From Minisyncoccia bacterium (lineage in GTDB: Bacteria; Patescibacteriota; Minisyncoccia; Phycocordibacterales; Phycocordibacteraceae), in the NCBI GenBank assembly GCA_050011835.1, contig JBEKII010000001.1, positions 172,262 to 236,261 on the forward strand: a stretch of DNA of 64,000 nt. The letters run 5' to 3'. The position numbers and the translations under genes were made by a program. Numbering within the stretch: position 1 is the first letter of the stretch; each line of letters starts with the position of its first letter. This document shows, piece by piece, positions 39,046-50,800 of the stretch. The notes beneath the pieces were generated by a model, which searched no databases, was not told the origin of the DNA, and worked only from the letters and a program-made list of their open reading frames with translations.

Positions 39046-39276
39046 TGAAACGCGCGCTCGCTATTATCATCGTTCTTCTTCTCGCGCTCGGAATGGTGGG
39101 GCTCTTCTTCCCCGCCCTTGTTTCTGGAACGCATTAAGTACATTGTCCCCACGTGTCTTGCGTTTTGAAGGCATTTCTGGCATACTTTATTTCACTCGCA
39201 GAGTATTCGAGCTTCGCAGTGTCCGCAAGACCTCAAGTGTTCAGTTTCGGCGAGGTTAATCAGTTAAATCCAATAC

Positions 39277-39642
39277 ATGGACAATCAGCAGTCAGCAGGA
39301 CCAGTACAGGGAAACAAGCTCTATGTGGGCGGTATCCCTTATCGCTCAACGGAAGATGACATAAAAAAGGCCTTTAGCGAGGCCGGCACGGTCGTCTCCG
39401 CGAGCATCATTAGCGACCGTATGACGGGTCGCTCGCGGGGCTTCGGCTTCGTCGAAATGGCTTCCGAAGCGGAAGCGCAAGCGGCAATTGACCGTTGGGA
39501 CGGCAAGGAGATGGACGGGCGTACGCTCTCGGTCTCTTTCGCTCGTCCGCAAGGCGACCGTCCGCCACGCCGCGAAGGCGGATTCGGTGGCGGTGATCGC
39601 GGCGGTTACGGTGGCGGCGGCTATGGCCGCGGCGGCTATTAA
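39277..39642 (+). CDS. glycine-rich RNA-binding protein (RRM domain)
   Basis: RNP-2 LYVGGI and RNP-1 RGFGFVEM; C-terminal GG(Y/R)GGG tail. Confidence 0.8.
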   Translation: MDNQQSAGPVQGNKLYVGGIPYRSTEDDIKKAFSEAGTVVSASIISDRMTGRSRGFGFVEMASEAEAQAAIDRWDGKEMDGRTLSVSFARPQGDRPPRREGGFGGGDRGGYGGGGYGRGGY

Positions 39643-39663
39643 AACTCGTCAGTAAAACAAAAA

Positions 39664-39702
39664 CATCCGTCCGCCAGTCGGCGGACGGATGTTTTTGTTT
39701 GT
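39664..39702 (+). terminator. rho-independent terminator
   Basis: ACATCCGTCCGCC-agtc-GGCGGACGGATGT then TTTTGTTTG. Confidence 0.7.
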
Positions 39703-39716
39703 GGTAACTTTTTTAC

Positions 39717-40517
39717 ATGAATCAAGACGAGCGTTGGCTTCTAAAAGAAAAATATAATGGGATCAAAACCCCAGAATACGAAAAAGACAAAAAGCGGCTC
39801 GCCAGAGGCGAGCCGCTTGGATACGTCATTGGCTGGCAGCCGTTTCTTGGTTTAAAAATCTTCCTTGATTCAAAACCGTTTATCCCGCGACCGGAAACGG
39901 AGTGGTGGACAGAGCAAGCCATCGCCGTGATTTTGGCGGCTTCCGCGAGCGACGACGAACGGCATGAGCAAATTTTCAGTAGAAAATTATGCGCGCCCCA
40001 AAATCACGGCGATGGCCTGCGATTTCTGGATCTCTGTGCGGGCTCTGGCGCCATCGGATGTGCGGCGCTCGCGCGATTGCCGAACGCGCAAGTTTATTTC
40101 GGTGAAATTAACCATACGCACGAAGCGACTATCTTGAAAAATATCCGCAAAAATAATTTAAATGAATCACGCACCATTATTCGCATCGGTAATTTATTTA
40201 AGCCGTTCGGCAATCTGAAATTTAATATCATCATCGCAAACCCTCCTTACATCCCAAAAGACCGCGCGTTGCCGAGAAGCGTCGCCGATTATGAGCCCTC
40301 GATCGCTCTCTATGCCGGCGCTGATGGACTTGATTGTATCCGCCGCATTGCGAAAGAATTACCACACCACCTCAAAAAAAATGGCACTGCATGGATTGAG
40401 TGTGATGGTGAACATGCCGAAATTGCGCGAGCACTATTTCAAAATAAAGATTTTAATGCCGAGATAAAAACTGACCAATACGGCGTTCCGCGCACTATTG
40501 TAGTATCATTCCCTTAA
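39717..40517 (+). CDS. prmC: release-factor glutamine N5-methyltransferase PrmC/HemK
   Basis: PLGYVIGWQPFLGL, IPRPETE, NPPY motifs. Confidence 0.8.
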   Translation: MNQDERWLLKEKYNGIKTPEYEKDKKRLARGEPLGYVIGWQPFLGLKIFLDSKPFIPRPETEWWTEQAIAVILAASASDDERHEQIFSRKLCAPQNHGDGLRFLDLCAGSGAIGCAALARLPNAQVYFGEINHTHEATILKNIRKNNLNESRTIIRIGNLFKPFGNLKFNIIIANPPYIPKDRALPRSVADYEPSIALYAGADGLDCIRRIAKELPHHLKKNGTAWIECDGEHAEIARALFQNKDFNAEIKTDQYGVPRTIVVSFP

Positions 40518-41752
40518 TGTCAGAACCGCTTCCCACCGATCCGTATAAAGGCGTTCGTGATTTCTATCCCGATGAGTGGGCGCGCCTTGAGGCGCTGTTC
40601 GCGTGCATTCGTGAGACACTGGCGCTCTGGGGCTATGAAGAATACAACGCTTCCCCGCTGGAGCGCGCTGAATTATATGAGGCAAAAACTTCGGAAGAAA
40701 TTGTGAATGAGCAGACCTATACCTTCACTGATCGCGGCGACCGCCGCGTGACGCTGCGCCCCGAGATGACTCCAACGTTAGCGCGCATGCTTGCCGCCAA
40801 ACGCCGCGAACTCACCTTCCCGCTCCGTTGGTTCTCAATCGGCAACCGCTTCCGCTATGAACGGCCGCAAAAGGGCCGTTTGCGCGAATTTTATCAAGCG
40901 GACATTGACCTGATCGGTCTTCCCGAAGGAGAAGCGGATATTGAAATTGTACAATTGGCGTCTGCACTACTAAAAAATTTTGGTGCGACAGAAAATGACT
41001 TTGTCATTCGCATAAGTTCGCGGTCGCTCCTAAACGACGCTTGCAAGGCGGCGGGTCTCACGGGCGATGGTATCCAACAATATTTACATCTGCTTGATAA
41101 AAAATTGAAAATGACACCCGAGGCGTTTGCCGCGGCGCAAAGCGTTATTTCAATGAAAGACCCTCTTTCTTTCATTGAGCCAAAAGCGATGGAAAATTTC
41201 ATCGCGACCCTTAAAGAACGCGGTGTCGGCAATGTCATTTTTGACCCAAGCATCACGCGCGGTTTTGACTATTACACCGGCATGGTGTTCGAGGTATACG
41301 ATACGAATCCGGCGAATCCGCGCGCACTCTTCGGAGGCGGACGCTATGATAAGCTTGTCGCATTATTCGGCGGGAATCCGATTCCTGCCGTCGGCTTTGC
41401 ACTCGGCGATGTGACGCTTGCCGATTTTCTTAAAACGCACTCGCTCGCGCTAAATGGAAACACCGCAAAGCCGCAGCTTTATCTCGGTACACCGAGCGTC
41501 AGCGATATTCCCGCCGCACAGGCATTTGCCGATACATTACGTAAACAGAATTGCCGCGTTTTCGTTAACCTTACCGATCGAACTCTGGGAAGCCAAATAA
41601 AAGATGCTGTGAAGCGCAACATTCCCCTCTTTATCGCCTACGGCGCGGATGAGATCGCGAACAACACCGTCCGAATGAAAATTCTCGCGACGAACAAGGA
41701 AATCACACTTCCGGTATCTGATCTTCTGGCGCATCTTCGCTCTGGTAACTGA
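40517..41752 (+). CDS. hisS: histidine--tRNA ligase
   Basis: Class II aaRS motifs; GVRDF..., RPEMTP, FR(Y)ERPQKGR(L)REF(Y)Q signature of HisRS. Confidence 0.9.
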   Translation: MSEPLPTDPYKGVRDFYPDEWARLEALFACIRETLALWGYEEYNASPLERAELYEAKTSEEIVNEQTYTFTDRGDRRVTLRPEMTPTLARMLAAKRRELTFPLRWFSIGNRFRYERPQKGRLREFYQADIDLIGLPEGEADIEIVQLASALLKNFGATENDFVIRISSRSLLNDACKAAGLTGDGIQQYLHLLDKKLKMTPEAFAAAQSVISMKDPLSFIEPKAMENFIATLKERGVGNVIFDPSITRGFDYYTGMVFEVYDTNPANPRALFGGGRYDKLVALFGGNPIPAVGFALGDVTLADFLKTHSLALNGNTAKPQLYLGTPSVSDIPAAQAFADTLRKQNCRVFVNLTDRTLGSQIKDAVKRNIPLFIAYGADEIANNTVRMKILATNKEITLPVSDLLAHLRSGN

Positions 41753-41756
41753 AGTT

Positions 41757-42338
41757 ATGCGCGCCGTTACCTTTGATATTGAGTCCGTCTCCGATTCTGC
41801 GGTACACGGTCATGTTGATGTGAACGAACAGGAGCTCACCATTGTGGCAATTCACGATTCAGAAACTAACGCCTATTCCTCGTATCTTAAAGAAGAATTG
41901 CCAAAGCTCTGGCCCATCCTTGAGCGCACCGACATGCTCATCGGTTTTAATTCCAACTCGTTTGATATTCCGCTTTTAAATCGCTATTACCCTGGAGACC
42001 TTTCACATATCCGCTCGCTTGACCTCTTAAACGAAGTACAGGAAATACTCGGACGGCGCGTTCGGCTTCAATCGCTTGCCGAAGCGACACTCGGCAGAGG
42101 GAAATCAGGTGACGGACTCAAAGCCGGCGAGTGGTGGAAGAAAGGAGAAATAGATAAAGTTCGCGAATATTGCATTGAAGATGTTCGTCTGACGCGCGAA
42201 TTATATGAATATGCACTTCTACATGGCGAACTTAAGTATAAAGACCTGCGCGACATTCGCAGTATCAAGCTTGATACTTCCCGGTGGAATCAAGGAGCTG
42301 GCGCAATACCGACGATGACACATGCGTTTCCTTTATGA
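41757..42338 (+). CDS. DEDD-family 3'-5' exonuclease (DnaQ-like)
   Basis: Exo I FDIE, Exo II FNSNSFDIPLL, Exo III YCIEDV. Confidence 0.6.
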   Translation: MRAVTFDIESVSDSAVHGHVDVNEQELTIVAIHDSETNAYSSYLKEELPKLWPILERTDMLIGFNSNSFDIPLLNRYYPGDLSHIRSLDLLNEVQEILGRRVRLQSLAEATLGRGKSGDGLKAGEWWKKGEIDKVREYCIEDVRLTRELYEYALLHGELKYKDLRDIRSIKLDTSRWNQGAGAIPTMTHAFPL

Positions 42339-43009
42339 AACAATCTTTAACGATTCCAATCGCAATTATTCTCGGCGGCATCGTTATCGCGGGAGCGGTA
42401 TATTTTTCACTACGGAGTCCTGCGATTCCGGGCAACGCGGGTAATCCGGCCTTGGTGCGGCCTGTTGGCGCGAACGACCATATTCTCGGAAATCCCGCGG
42501 CACCGGTGGTGATTGTTGAGTATGCCGATTTTGATTGCGAATTCTGCAAGGACTTTGAAGAAACACTTCACAGAATCGTCGCTGATGAAGGCGCCACCGG
42601 CGAGGTCGCGTGGGTCTTCCGTGAATTTCCTCTTGTTGAAATTCACCCGAATGCGTTCTCGCACGCCCGCGCCGCTGAATGCGCTGCGGACGTTGCGGGC
42701 AATGATGCCTTTTGGAAATTCGCGGATGCGCTTTTCGCAAATCAACCGGTTGACCCTTCGCAATACGGCGCGCTCGCCGCTTCGGCGGGAATTTCCAGTG
42801 ACGATTTTGCGACTTGTTACGCCACCGCGTCATCAACGCTTGACGCGCGCATTAATGCCGACCGACAAAACGCGCTGGATATCGGCGCGCAGGGTACGCC
42901 TTACTCGCTCATCCTTATCAAAGGCCAACCGCCTATCGTTATGGGCGGCGCCTATTCTTATGATGCTGTAAAACAATTAGTTGACCAGGCGCTTCAAAAT
43001 ATAAAATAG
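42335..43009 (+). CDS. DsbA-like thiol:disulfide oxidoreductase, membrane-anchored
   Basis: TM then thioredoxin fold with CEFC (CxxC) active site. Confidence 0.7.
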   Translation: MKQSLTIPIAIILGGIVIAGAVYFSLRSPAIPGNAGNPALVRPVGANDHILGNPAAPVVIVEYADFDCEFCKDFEETLHRIVADEGATGEVAWVFREFPLVEIHPNAFSHARAAECAADVAGNDAFWKFADALFANQPVDPSQYGALAASAGISSDDFATCYATASSTLDARINADRQNALDIGAQGTPYSLILIKGQPPIVMGGAYSYDAVKQLVDQALQNIK

Positions 43010-43039
43010 AAACCCTTGCAGACAAACTTGCAAGGGTTT
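43010..43039. terminator. hairpin terminator (T-tract on minus strand side)
   Basis: AAACCCTTGCA-gacaaac-TGCAAGGGTTT; revcomp followed by TATTTTATATTTT. Confidence 0.5.
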
Positions 43040-43060
43040 CGTGCACGCACGGGAATCTTG

Positions 43061-43342
43061 TTATTTTTTGGAAAACCTCCGCTCAGCGCGCCACGAGGCA
43101 ATTTTCGGGTTAACTTTCATAGCGACCTCACCGTTTGGCTTTCTCTTTACGGCGATGAGATCCCGGATAGCCCTGTTCTCAGCTTCGTGGTTGTGGAAAA
43201 TGTTGAGGCAAGAGAGGATTTTCCCAAAGAGGGGCTTTCTATCCCATTTTTTAAGGAGCTTTTTCAATTCCCCGTTTGACTTGTCCATGTGTTTGAACAG
43301 GTAGTTGTTGTACACCGCTCCATCTGGATACATTCCGGGCAT
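43061..43342 (-). CDS. hypothetical protein (93 aa)
   Basis: ORF only; lies downstream of and co-directional with the nuclease gene. Confidence 0.3.
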   Translation of the reverse strand: MPGMYPDGAVYNNYLFKHMDKSNGELKKLLKKWDRKPLFGKILSCLNIFHNHEAENRAIRDLIAVKRKPNGEVAMKVNPKIASWRAERRFSKK

Positions 43343-43412
43343 AATGGACCTCCTTTCTTTTTCTCAACTTCGAATCGCTCTGGGTCCTACAATACATTAA
43401 AATTATTCCCCG

Positions 43413-44243
43413 TCAATACCTCTCCGAATCGTCTATCAAGCCGAGGCGATAGATGTCAAAAGAATTATCACCCTCAAATATGTCGGACGGATTCGGTAGG
43501 TAAATGCGCCGGCGGGAGATTTCAGTCGTTGCGTCTTTGATAAGTCGGTGGAATAAGGCAAATTCTTCCTGAAGAAAGCGGAAATCAATCACGTGACGGC
43601 GCAATTGCTTTGAACCATCAGCGTTCTTCGATTTTTTGCATTCATACACGATGAAGCGCCGCACGGGCTTGCCGAACAATTCTCTGACGGTGTAATAATT
43701 GAAAATCGCTTGAATGGCGAAAGCGGGTTTCTGCACGCCGTTCTTGCTGAAAGCATTGACGAACTTATGGTCCACGATATCAACGGCGCCCTCTTCAACG
43801 CGCGAAGCAACCACTAAATCCGAAATTGCTTTCAAAGGTAATGGAAGCCCGGGCACAGCGACAATGCCTTTTACTTCTACACCAAGCACTTTATGCCTCG
43901 GCGGCTTCTCCAAATAAAACGAAACGGCTTGTAGATATTCTCGCTCCATTTCCGCGCGTTTTTCCTTCTTCGCGCGGCGCGTTCTCGCCTTACCAAAATC
44001 AATTTCAAAGTCCGGGACCGCACGCAGATATTCAAGACCGAGTTTGATAGCAATTTCTTTATTAGCGCCAGAGTAGAAATGTTCAAGCGCCACGTGCCCG
44101 GCGCGGCCGATGATTGAGGCGGGCGAGACGGGCGTATCGTATATTTCTTCAACATATCGTTTGTACCACGCCAAGGGATTTCTCAAAAACGCCATCAAGC
44201 TGGAATGGCTCCAGTGCTTGATCGGTAACTTTTTCCGCTTCAT
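43413..44243 (-). CDS. PD-(D/E)XK nuclease superfamily protein (RecB-like)
   Basis: N-terminal HWSHSSLMAFLRNPLAWYKRYV, catalytic D..VDIVDHKFV (D-x-(D/E)xK); no Cas4-type Cys cluster. Confidence 0.6.
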   Translation of the reverse strand: MKRKKLPIKHWSHSSLMAFLRNPLAWYKRYVEEIYDTPVSPASIIGRAGHVALEHFYSGANKEIAIKLGLEYLRAVPDFEIDFGKARTRRAKKEKRAEMEREYLQAVSFYLEKPPRHKVLGVEVKGIVAVPGLPLPLKAISDLVVASRVEEGAVDIVDHKFVNAFSKNGVQKPAFAIQAIFNYYTVRELFGKPVRRFIVYECKKSKNADGSKQLRRHVIDFRFLQEEFALFHRLIKDATTEISRRRIYLPNPSDIFEGDNSFDIYRLGLIDDSERY

Positions 44244-44330
44244 GCCGGCAGTATACCAGACGCTTGACATTTACATTCAAATACGCTATGCTTTCACCAG
44301 GGTTCAATTATTTTGAGAAAGGAGTTCTTT

Positions 44331-44513
44331 ATGAATGCGAAACGTCAAGGTGAAATCGCTCGTGTCCTCCTCAAGAAGATTCTTAAAGAAGAAAGTGTAA
44401 AAGTCACACCAGAGGGTGTGCTTCAGAAAATGAAAGCTATGGCTATGATAATTGTCGAAGTCCCATTAAGGGAAACCATGGCGTTAGTGAGTGAACTGTT
44501 GTTGGAGGAGTAA
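44331..44513 (+). CDS. hypothetical small protein
   Basis: GAAAGGAG RBS before ATG 44331. Confidence 0.2.
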   Translation: MNAKRQGEIARVLLKKILKEESVKVTPEGVLQKMKAMAMIIVEVPLRETMALVSELLLEE

Positions 44514-44583
44514 CTCACTAAATTGGATTGCTCGTGCTCCCGAAGACCGCGTCGTACAGGAGGACGGCGCGGTTCTTTCTTTT

Positions 44584-45777
44584 TTAATACGACTTCAGAT
44601 GCCGCGCTTTTTCGTGAGTGCGAATTTTTTCTAGCGCTTTCGCTTCAATCTGACGGATGCGCTCGCGCGTGACGCCGAATTCCCTGCCCACTTCTTCCAA
44701 CGTGTGATAGATGCCGTCCATAAGACCGTGGCGCATCTCCAAAATCTTGCGCTCTTTGGGCGAGAGGTCGCCGAGAATGGCGCGCACTTGTTCCGCGAGG
44801 ATGCGCTCGGACGATTCCTGCGCCGGCGAAGGTATCTTGTCGTCTGGAATAAAATCACCGAGCGTTGAGCGGTCATCGTCATCGCTACCGACGGGGTTTT
44901 CCAACGAGAGCGTATCTTGATTTATTTTTTCTATTTGATAAATCTTTTCCGGCTCCACGCCCATTTCTATCGCGATTTCCTCCGCCTGCGGTTCGCGCCC
45001 CAGCATCTGCGAAAGACGCCGCGAAACCTGTTTGTATTTCGCGATTGTCTCAACCATATGGACCGGAATGCGAATCGTGCGCGACTGGTCGGCGAGCGCA
45101 CGCGTAATCGCTTGGCGAATCCACCACGTCGCATACGTTGAAAATTTGTAGCCCTTCTTCCAGTCAAATTTATCCACCGCGCGGAAGAGGCCGAGATTCC
45201 CTTCTTGGATAAGATCAAGCAGCGTCAAGTCAGGCGAGCGGCCGACATATTTCTTCGCAATGGAAACCACGAGACGAAGGTTGCTGCGCGCGAGAATGTT
45301 GCGCGCTTCACTGTCGCCTTTTTCAATGCGCTTGGCTAATTCGCGTTCTTCGGCGGCGGTGAGAAGCGGATATTGCCCGATTTCGCGGAGATATATTTGA
45401 ATGGAATCGTAGCTGGTTGAATGACGGTCTTTGATATTGCGCGTGGCGAGATACTCGTCGGCGACATCTTCCAGTATTCCGCCTTCAAGCACATCAACAC
45501 CCGCGGTGGCGAAACGCTCATAGAGCGATTCAAGAAAATTAACATCATCCTCCACATGCGGGAATGATTTGAGAATTTCGCTGTAGGTGACATAGCCGCG
45601 CTCCTTGCCTTTTTCAATGAGCGCATCCGCCGAGAGCGCCTTTTGCGACTCTGCTTTTGCCCTCGCATTCCGTGCCGCCAAACGAACAACTTGTTTCTTC
45701 GTACTGTGTCGGCGAATGCGCTGGGTTTTCTTTACGCTCTTTCTCTTTTTCTTTTTTGCAATAAATTTTTTTACCAT
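44584..45777 (-). CDS. rpoD: RNA polymerase sigma-70 factor RpoD
   Basis: [12 protein letters not shown], regions 2-4 conserved. Confidence 0.9.
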   Translation of the reverse strand: MVKKFIAKKKKRKSVKKTQRIRRHSTKKQVVRLAARNARAKAESQKALSADALIEKGKERGYVTYSEILKSFPHVEDDVNFLESLYERFATAGVDVLEGGILEDVADEYLATRNIKDRHSTSYDSIQIYLREIGQYPLLTAAEERELAKRIEKGDSEARNILARSNLRLVVSIAKKYVGRSPDLTLLDLIQEGNLGLFRAVDKFDWKKGYKFSTYATWWIRQAITRALADQSRTIRIPVHMVETIAKYKQVSRRLSQMLGREPQAEEIAIEMGVEPEKIYQIEKINQDTLSLENPVGSDDDDRSTLGDFIPDDKIPSPAQESSERILAEQVRAILGDLSPKERKILEMRHGLMDGIYHTLEEVGREFGVTRERIRQIEAKALEKIRTHEKARHLKSY

Positions 45778-45795
45778 ATATAGAAAAATAGGTAA

Positions 45796-47481
45796 CTACC
45801 GACCGAATGCGGCAAGACGCGCAAAAATCTTCGCGCACGTCGCTTGTGCATCCTGAATCGCAGAAACATCTCCTCGGGCCTCAATTTTACGTAGCTGCGC
45901 CACTGCTTCTTGATACGCCTCGCGGATGACCGCTTCTTCAAAGGCGCGGAGAAGCTCGTCTGCTGCATCCTCTTTTGGCTCCTCGCCGAATGTCTGTTCT
46001 GTTTTGAACAAGACCGATTCCGGGAGTACATCAGAGGGCAACTGTTCGGCTTCGGTAATTCGACAATACTCTTTTTTAATGCGTTTCGCAAGCGGCGTAT
46101 CGGGATAAACGCTTAAAATGGCGAGTAGCTGTTCCGAGCGAATATCTCTGGGCGAGCGCGCCGTCTCAAATGGAGTCGCCTTTTGGATATCGTGTTCGGT
46201 CTCAAATTGTTTTGGCACACGCCGAAGCGATTCGCGGATGGCTTCGCTGGAGAGCCCTAGAACTCGAGCGGTTGTCTGCATGAAATGCTCGCGTTCCATC
46301 GGGCTCGGAATCGCGGCTATTAAAGGGAGCACGATGCTTTCAGCGGCGCGCAGAAGCCGATGGGGTTCGCGTTCCTGCTCAATAAGAACCGCGAGAAAGA
46401 AGTCCGCGATCGGTTTTGCTTCTTTAATGCGTTTCGAGAATCCGCCCTTGTCCTCGTTGATGAGGTCCGCCGGGTCCTTTCCTTTCGGGAGCTGAACTGC
46501 CTTCACTCTAAGACCCTGCCGAAGGGCGAGTGCAGCCGATTTCGCTGTTGCCGAGAGTCCGGCAGCATCCGCGTCAAGAACGAGCATGAGATTCTCGCTG
46601 TAACGCTTCATAAGCGCACAATGTTTTTCGGAAAGTGCTGTGCCCGAAAGTGCGACCGCGTTCCCAAAGCCTGCTTGATGCACGAGAAGCACGTCCATCT
46701 GCCCTTCAACGAGCATTGTGAAGCCACGTGTGCGTATCGCGTCTCGGGCGCGGTCCATGCCAAAAAGGATTTCGGATTTACGGTAGAGTTCCGTCTCCGG
46801 ACTATTGAGATATTTGGCTGACTCATCGGGAGACAAAGCACGACCGGTGAACGCAACAACACGGCCGGCGGCATCGCGTATAGGAAATAAGAGCCGATTA
46901 CGGAAACGGTCATAATAAGTGCCTGGCTTCCCGTCCGCCTCCTTTATTAATCCCGCGCCGAGAAGCTCTGCGGTTGTGAATCCGAGAGCGGTCAACGCTT
47001 CAAGAAGAGCGCGCCACGCATCAGGCGCATAGCCGAGACGCCACGCGCGAATGGTCTCATCGGAGAGACCACGCTGTTTTGCATAAATTTCAGCGGGACT
47101 TCCCGAGAGCTTCTCGGCGTACCATTCACTCGCTTGACCCATCGCTTCGCGCAACCGTTCTTTCTTTGATTTTTCTTCATCACTTCCTCTTTGAGAAAAT
47201 TCAATTGTAACGCCCGCTTTCTCCGCGAGAATTTTCAGAGCTCCTTTAAAATCAACGCCTTCAATTTTTTCAATAAAAGAAAAACCGTCTCCGCCGAGGC
47301 CGCAACCGAAGCAGTGCCATGTGCCGCGTTCAACCGAAACATGAAAGGACGGCGTTTTTTCTTTATGAAAAGGGCACAATCCTACGAGCGATTTCCCCGC
47401 CCGCTTCAGCTTCACATACGGCGCAACAATATCTTGAATGTTCAACCGCTCCTTAATCTGCTGAACCGTGTCAGTCGCCAT
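45796..47481 (-). CDS. dnaG: DNA primase
   Basis: Zn-ribbon CPFHKEKTPSF..HCFGCG, TOPRIM domain; upstream of rpoD. Confidence 0.9.
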   Translation of the reverse strand: MATDTVQQIKERLNIQDIVAPYVKLKRAGKSLVGLCPFHKEKTPSFHVSVERGTWHCFGCGLGGDGFSFIEKIEGVDFKGALKILAEKAGVTIEFSQRGSDEEKSKKERLREAMGQASEWYAEKLSGSPAEIYAKQRGLSDETIRAWRLGYAPDAWRALLEALTALGFTTAELLGAGLIKEADGKPGTYYDRFRNRLLFPIRDAAGRVVAFTGRALSPDESAKYLNSPETELYRKSEILFGMDRARDAIRTRGFTMLVEGQMDVLLVHQAGFGNAVALSGTALSEKHCALMKRYSENLMLVLDADAAGLSATAKSAALALRQGLRVKAVQLPKGKDPADLINEDKGGFSKRIKEAKPIADFFLAVLIEQEREPHRLLRAAESIVLPLIAAIPSPMEREHFMQTTARVLGLSSEAIRESLRRVPKQFETEHDIQKATPFETARSPRDIRSEQLLAILSVYPDTPLAKRIKKEYCRITEAEQLPSDVLPESVLFKTEQTFGEEPKEDAADELLRAFEEAVIREAYQEAVAQLRKIEARGDVSAIQDAQATCAKIFARLAAFGR

Positions 47482-47805
47482 TATTTTAATTTTACCTCAT
47501 CGCGCATGCGCTTGACAATAAAAATAATGGCATGCTAATCTATCTTAGGAAATGGAATTCATCCTAAGGGGAGGGAGATGGAGATGAAAATAATTTCGTA
47601 TTTTCTCGCGGCAATTTGTTTTGTACTCGGAGGAGTTTATATCGAAGGGTATGCTCATACTCTCAAGCTCGGTCAACTCGCGATTGGAGTTTCGCTAGCC
47701 GGATTCGGTTTTATCTCCTGCTGGACGACAAAAGAGAGCGGGTAGGCGATCTACCAAGGCGGCGCAGGGAATCTGATTCCTTGTGCCGCCTTACTTTTTA
47801 CTTAA

Positions 47806-50800
47806 CTAGAGCGTGCGACTCGTGCGCGCGAAGAAACTGGGGCGCGAGACGGTTGAGGGCGCAGGACGCGCAGATTGAAGTTTTGCGATAGATGCGTGTT
47901 TCTTACTTCCCTTGAAGCCCGTACCCGCCGGAATGAGCCGGCCAAGAATGATATTCTCCTTCAAGCCGCGCAGATGGTCAACACTGCCGCGAAGAGCCGC
48001 ACCGATGAGAATTTTCGTCGTCTGTTCAAAAGATGCCGCCGAGAGGAAGGAACGCCGCGAGAGCGCACTCTCCTTGATACCGAGCACAATCTCGCGTGCC
48101 GCGGGCTCCATTTTACCCGCCGCTTTCATCTCCGATACTATTTTAGCGAATTCCCAATCCTCAACAACATCGCCAACAGAATAATCAGTATCGCCTGCAT
48201 CGGTAATCTTCACGCGCGAAAACATCTGCTTCACGATGACTTCAAGGTGTTTGCGGGACACGTGCGCGCCCTGAAGTTCATAAATTTTTGAAACCTCGGC
48301 AATAATATATTCCTGTACCGCCGCGCGGCCGGAATACTCAAAGAGGTCGTCAAGGTCAATGGAGCCATCAGTAAGAATTTGACCTTTCGCCACAGAATCG
48401 CCTTCTTTAACCAGCGCGACACGCGGATACGGAGCGAGATATTCAATCAGTGCATCATCTTTTTTCCCTTGCCCCGCGAGAGGCGCCACGATGATAACTT
48501 TTTCATGGCCGACGTCTTTTATTTCTGTCACGAGCCCGTCGGTCTTTGAAATAACCGCCGGATTCTTTGGCGAACGTTTTTCAAAGACCTCTTCAACGCG
48601 CGGGAGACCGCTCGTGATATCGCCTCCGATAGATGCCACGCCGCCCGTATGGAAGGTGCGCAGCGTAAGCTGCGTACCCGGCTCGCCGATGGCTTGCGCG
48701 GCGACGGTCCCGACCGCTTCGCCTACGTCAACAAGTTCCTGGGTCGTGAGATCCATGCCGTAGCAAATTTGGCAGATGCCGTAGCGCGTTTCGCAGGACA
48801 TCGGCGAGCGCGCAACGATTGAAGTGATTGATGAGGCGGCAAGCGTTTCCGCGTCTGCTGCAGAAAGATAGTGCCCTTTTTTGAAAAGAATCGTTCCATC
48901 CACGTCCTTCACGTCTTCGGAGAGCACGCGGCCTCGCAATGCTTCAGCATAATCAATACGAATGCCGGAAGCGCTTACCCGATTAATATTCACTCCGCGC
49001 TTTGTCCCGCAATCTTTTTCAGTCACGATGGAATCCTGTGCAACGTCAAAGAGGCGGCGCGTGAGATAGCCGGCTTTGGCGGTACCAAGCGCCATATCGG
49101 TGAGACCCTTGCGCGAGCCGTGCGTCGACATGAAGTATTCAACCGGATTGAGCCCTTCGCTAAATGAAGAGGTGATGGGCACTTCAATGGTCTCGCCGGC
49201 GGTGTTCTGAATGAGTCCTTTCATTCCGGCCATTTGGGTCAAATTGCCGAGCGTGCCGCGCGCGCCCGAGCGCACCATATCGGCGACAGAACCCATCGGG
49301 TCAAGGGTTTCGGCAACAAGTTGTTCTACTTCCTGTTTGACGCCTTGCCATGTCTCTATGACCATACGGCGCTTTTCTTCTTCAGAAAGAAGTCCGTTCC
49401 GGTAGTCATCTTCAATTTTTGTTACTTTCTCCACAGCTCGTTCAATAACCTGCGGCTTCTTTTCCGGTACGGAGACATCGTCCACACACCACGAGACACC
49501 CGACTTCGTTGCGTACTCAAAACCAAAGCGCTTCACTTTGTTTACAATATCCGGCACCGCGTCAAGTCCATACCGCGCAATACAGTCGGTCACAATCCGT
49601 GCGAGTACTTTCTTAGTAATGTTTTCATTAACGAACGGATAATCAACAGGCAAAACCGTGTTAAAGAGAAGCCGGCCGACGGTTGTTTCAAACGGATGAC
49701 CGTCAAACGCCGCGTATTTTTCTTTTCCAGCGACCGGCAGTATCTTGATTGAGGCTCGCATATCAATGGCGTTGTATTCGGACGCAAGAATGGCTGCATT
49801 CGGCGAGGCGAAGTATTCGCCTTCGCCCTTCGCTTTTTCAACCGCCTTGGTAAGCCAGTACACGCCGAGAATAATATCCAACGGCTTGCCAATGAGAACA
49901 ATCATATCTCCGCTCCCGGGCTTCAAAATATTTTTATTGGCGCTCATAATATGCTCCGCTTCCCACTGCGCTTCTTCCGAAAGCGGCACGTGCACGGCCA
50001 TTTGGTCGCCGTCGAAGTCGGCGTTGAACGCGTTACAAACGAGCGGATGCAATTGGATAGCGTCACCTTCAATGAGCCGCGGGCGAAATGCCTGAACGCC
50101 CTGACGATGCAGTGTCGGCGCGCGATTAAGAAGTACGTACTTGTCTGCGATGACTTCTTCAAGAATTTCCCATACCTCGGGAACGCCATCTTCAATGAGA
50201 CGCCCCGCACCGCGAATATTGAATGCGAGTTCGCGTTGCAAGAGCCCGGCGATGACGAACGGGCGAAAGAGCTCAAGTGCCATGTGCTTCGGGAGGCCGC
50301 ACTCGTCAAGTTCCAAATCGGGACCGACAACGATGACCGAACGTCCGGAATAATCAACGCGTTTACCGAGCAGATTCTGGCGGAAATATCCCTGCTTGCC
50401 TTTCAAATAATCGGCAAGTGATTTAAGCGGACGGCGTTGGGCAAGCGTCAGCGCACCGGCCGAAGCACCGCTCTTGCGGATGGAATTATCAAGGAGCGCA
50501 TCAACCGCTTCTTGGAGAATGCGCTTCTCGTTTCGCAGGATGACTTCCGGCGCATGGATGTCAATAAGTTTTTTGAGGCGATTGTTGCGATTGATGACGC
50601 GGCGATAAAGATCGTTTACATCAGAAGTCGCGTGACGACCGCCTTCAAGCGCGACCATCGGACGAAGCGCCGGCGGAATAACCGGGATCCGCGTGAGAAA
50701 GAGCCATTCCGGCCGTATGCCTGACGCAATAAGCCCCGCGATGAGCGAGAGACGCTTCGCGAGTTTCTCGCGCTCGGCAGCGCCGGCCTTTTCGTAGCGC

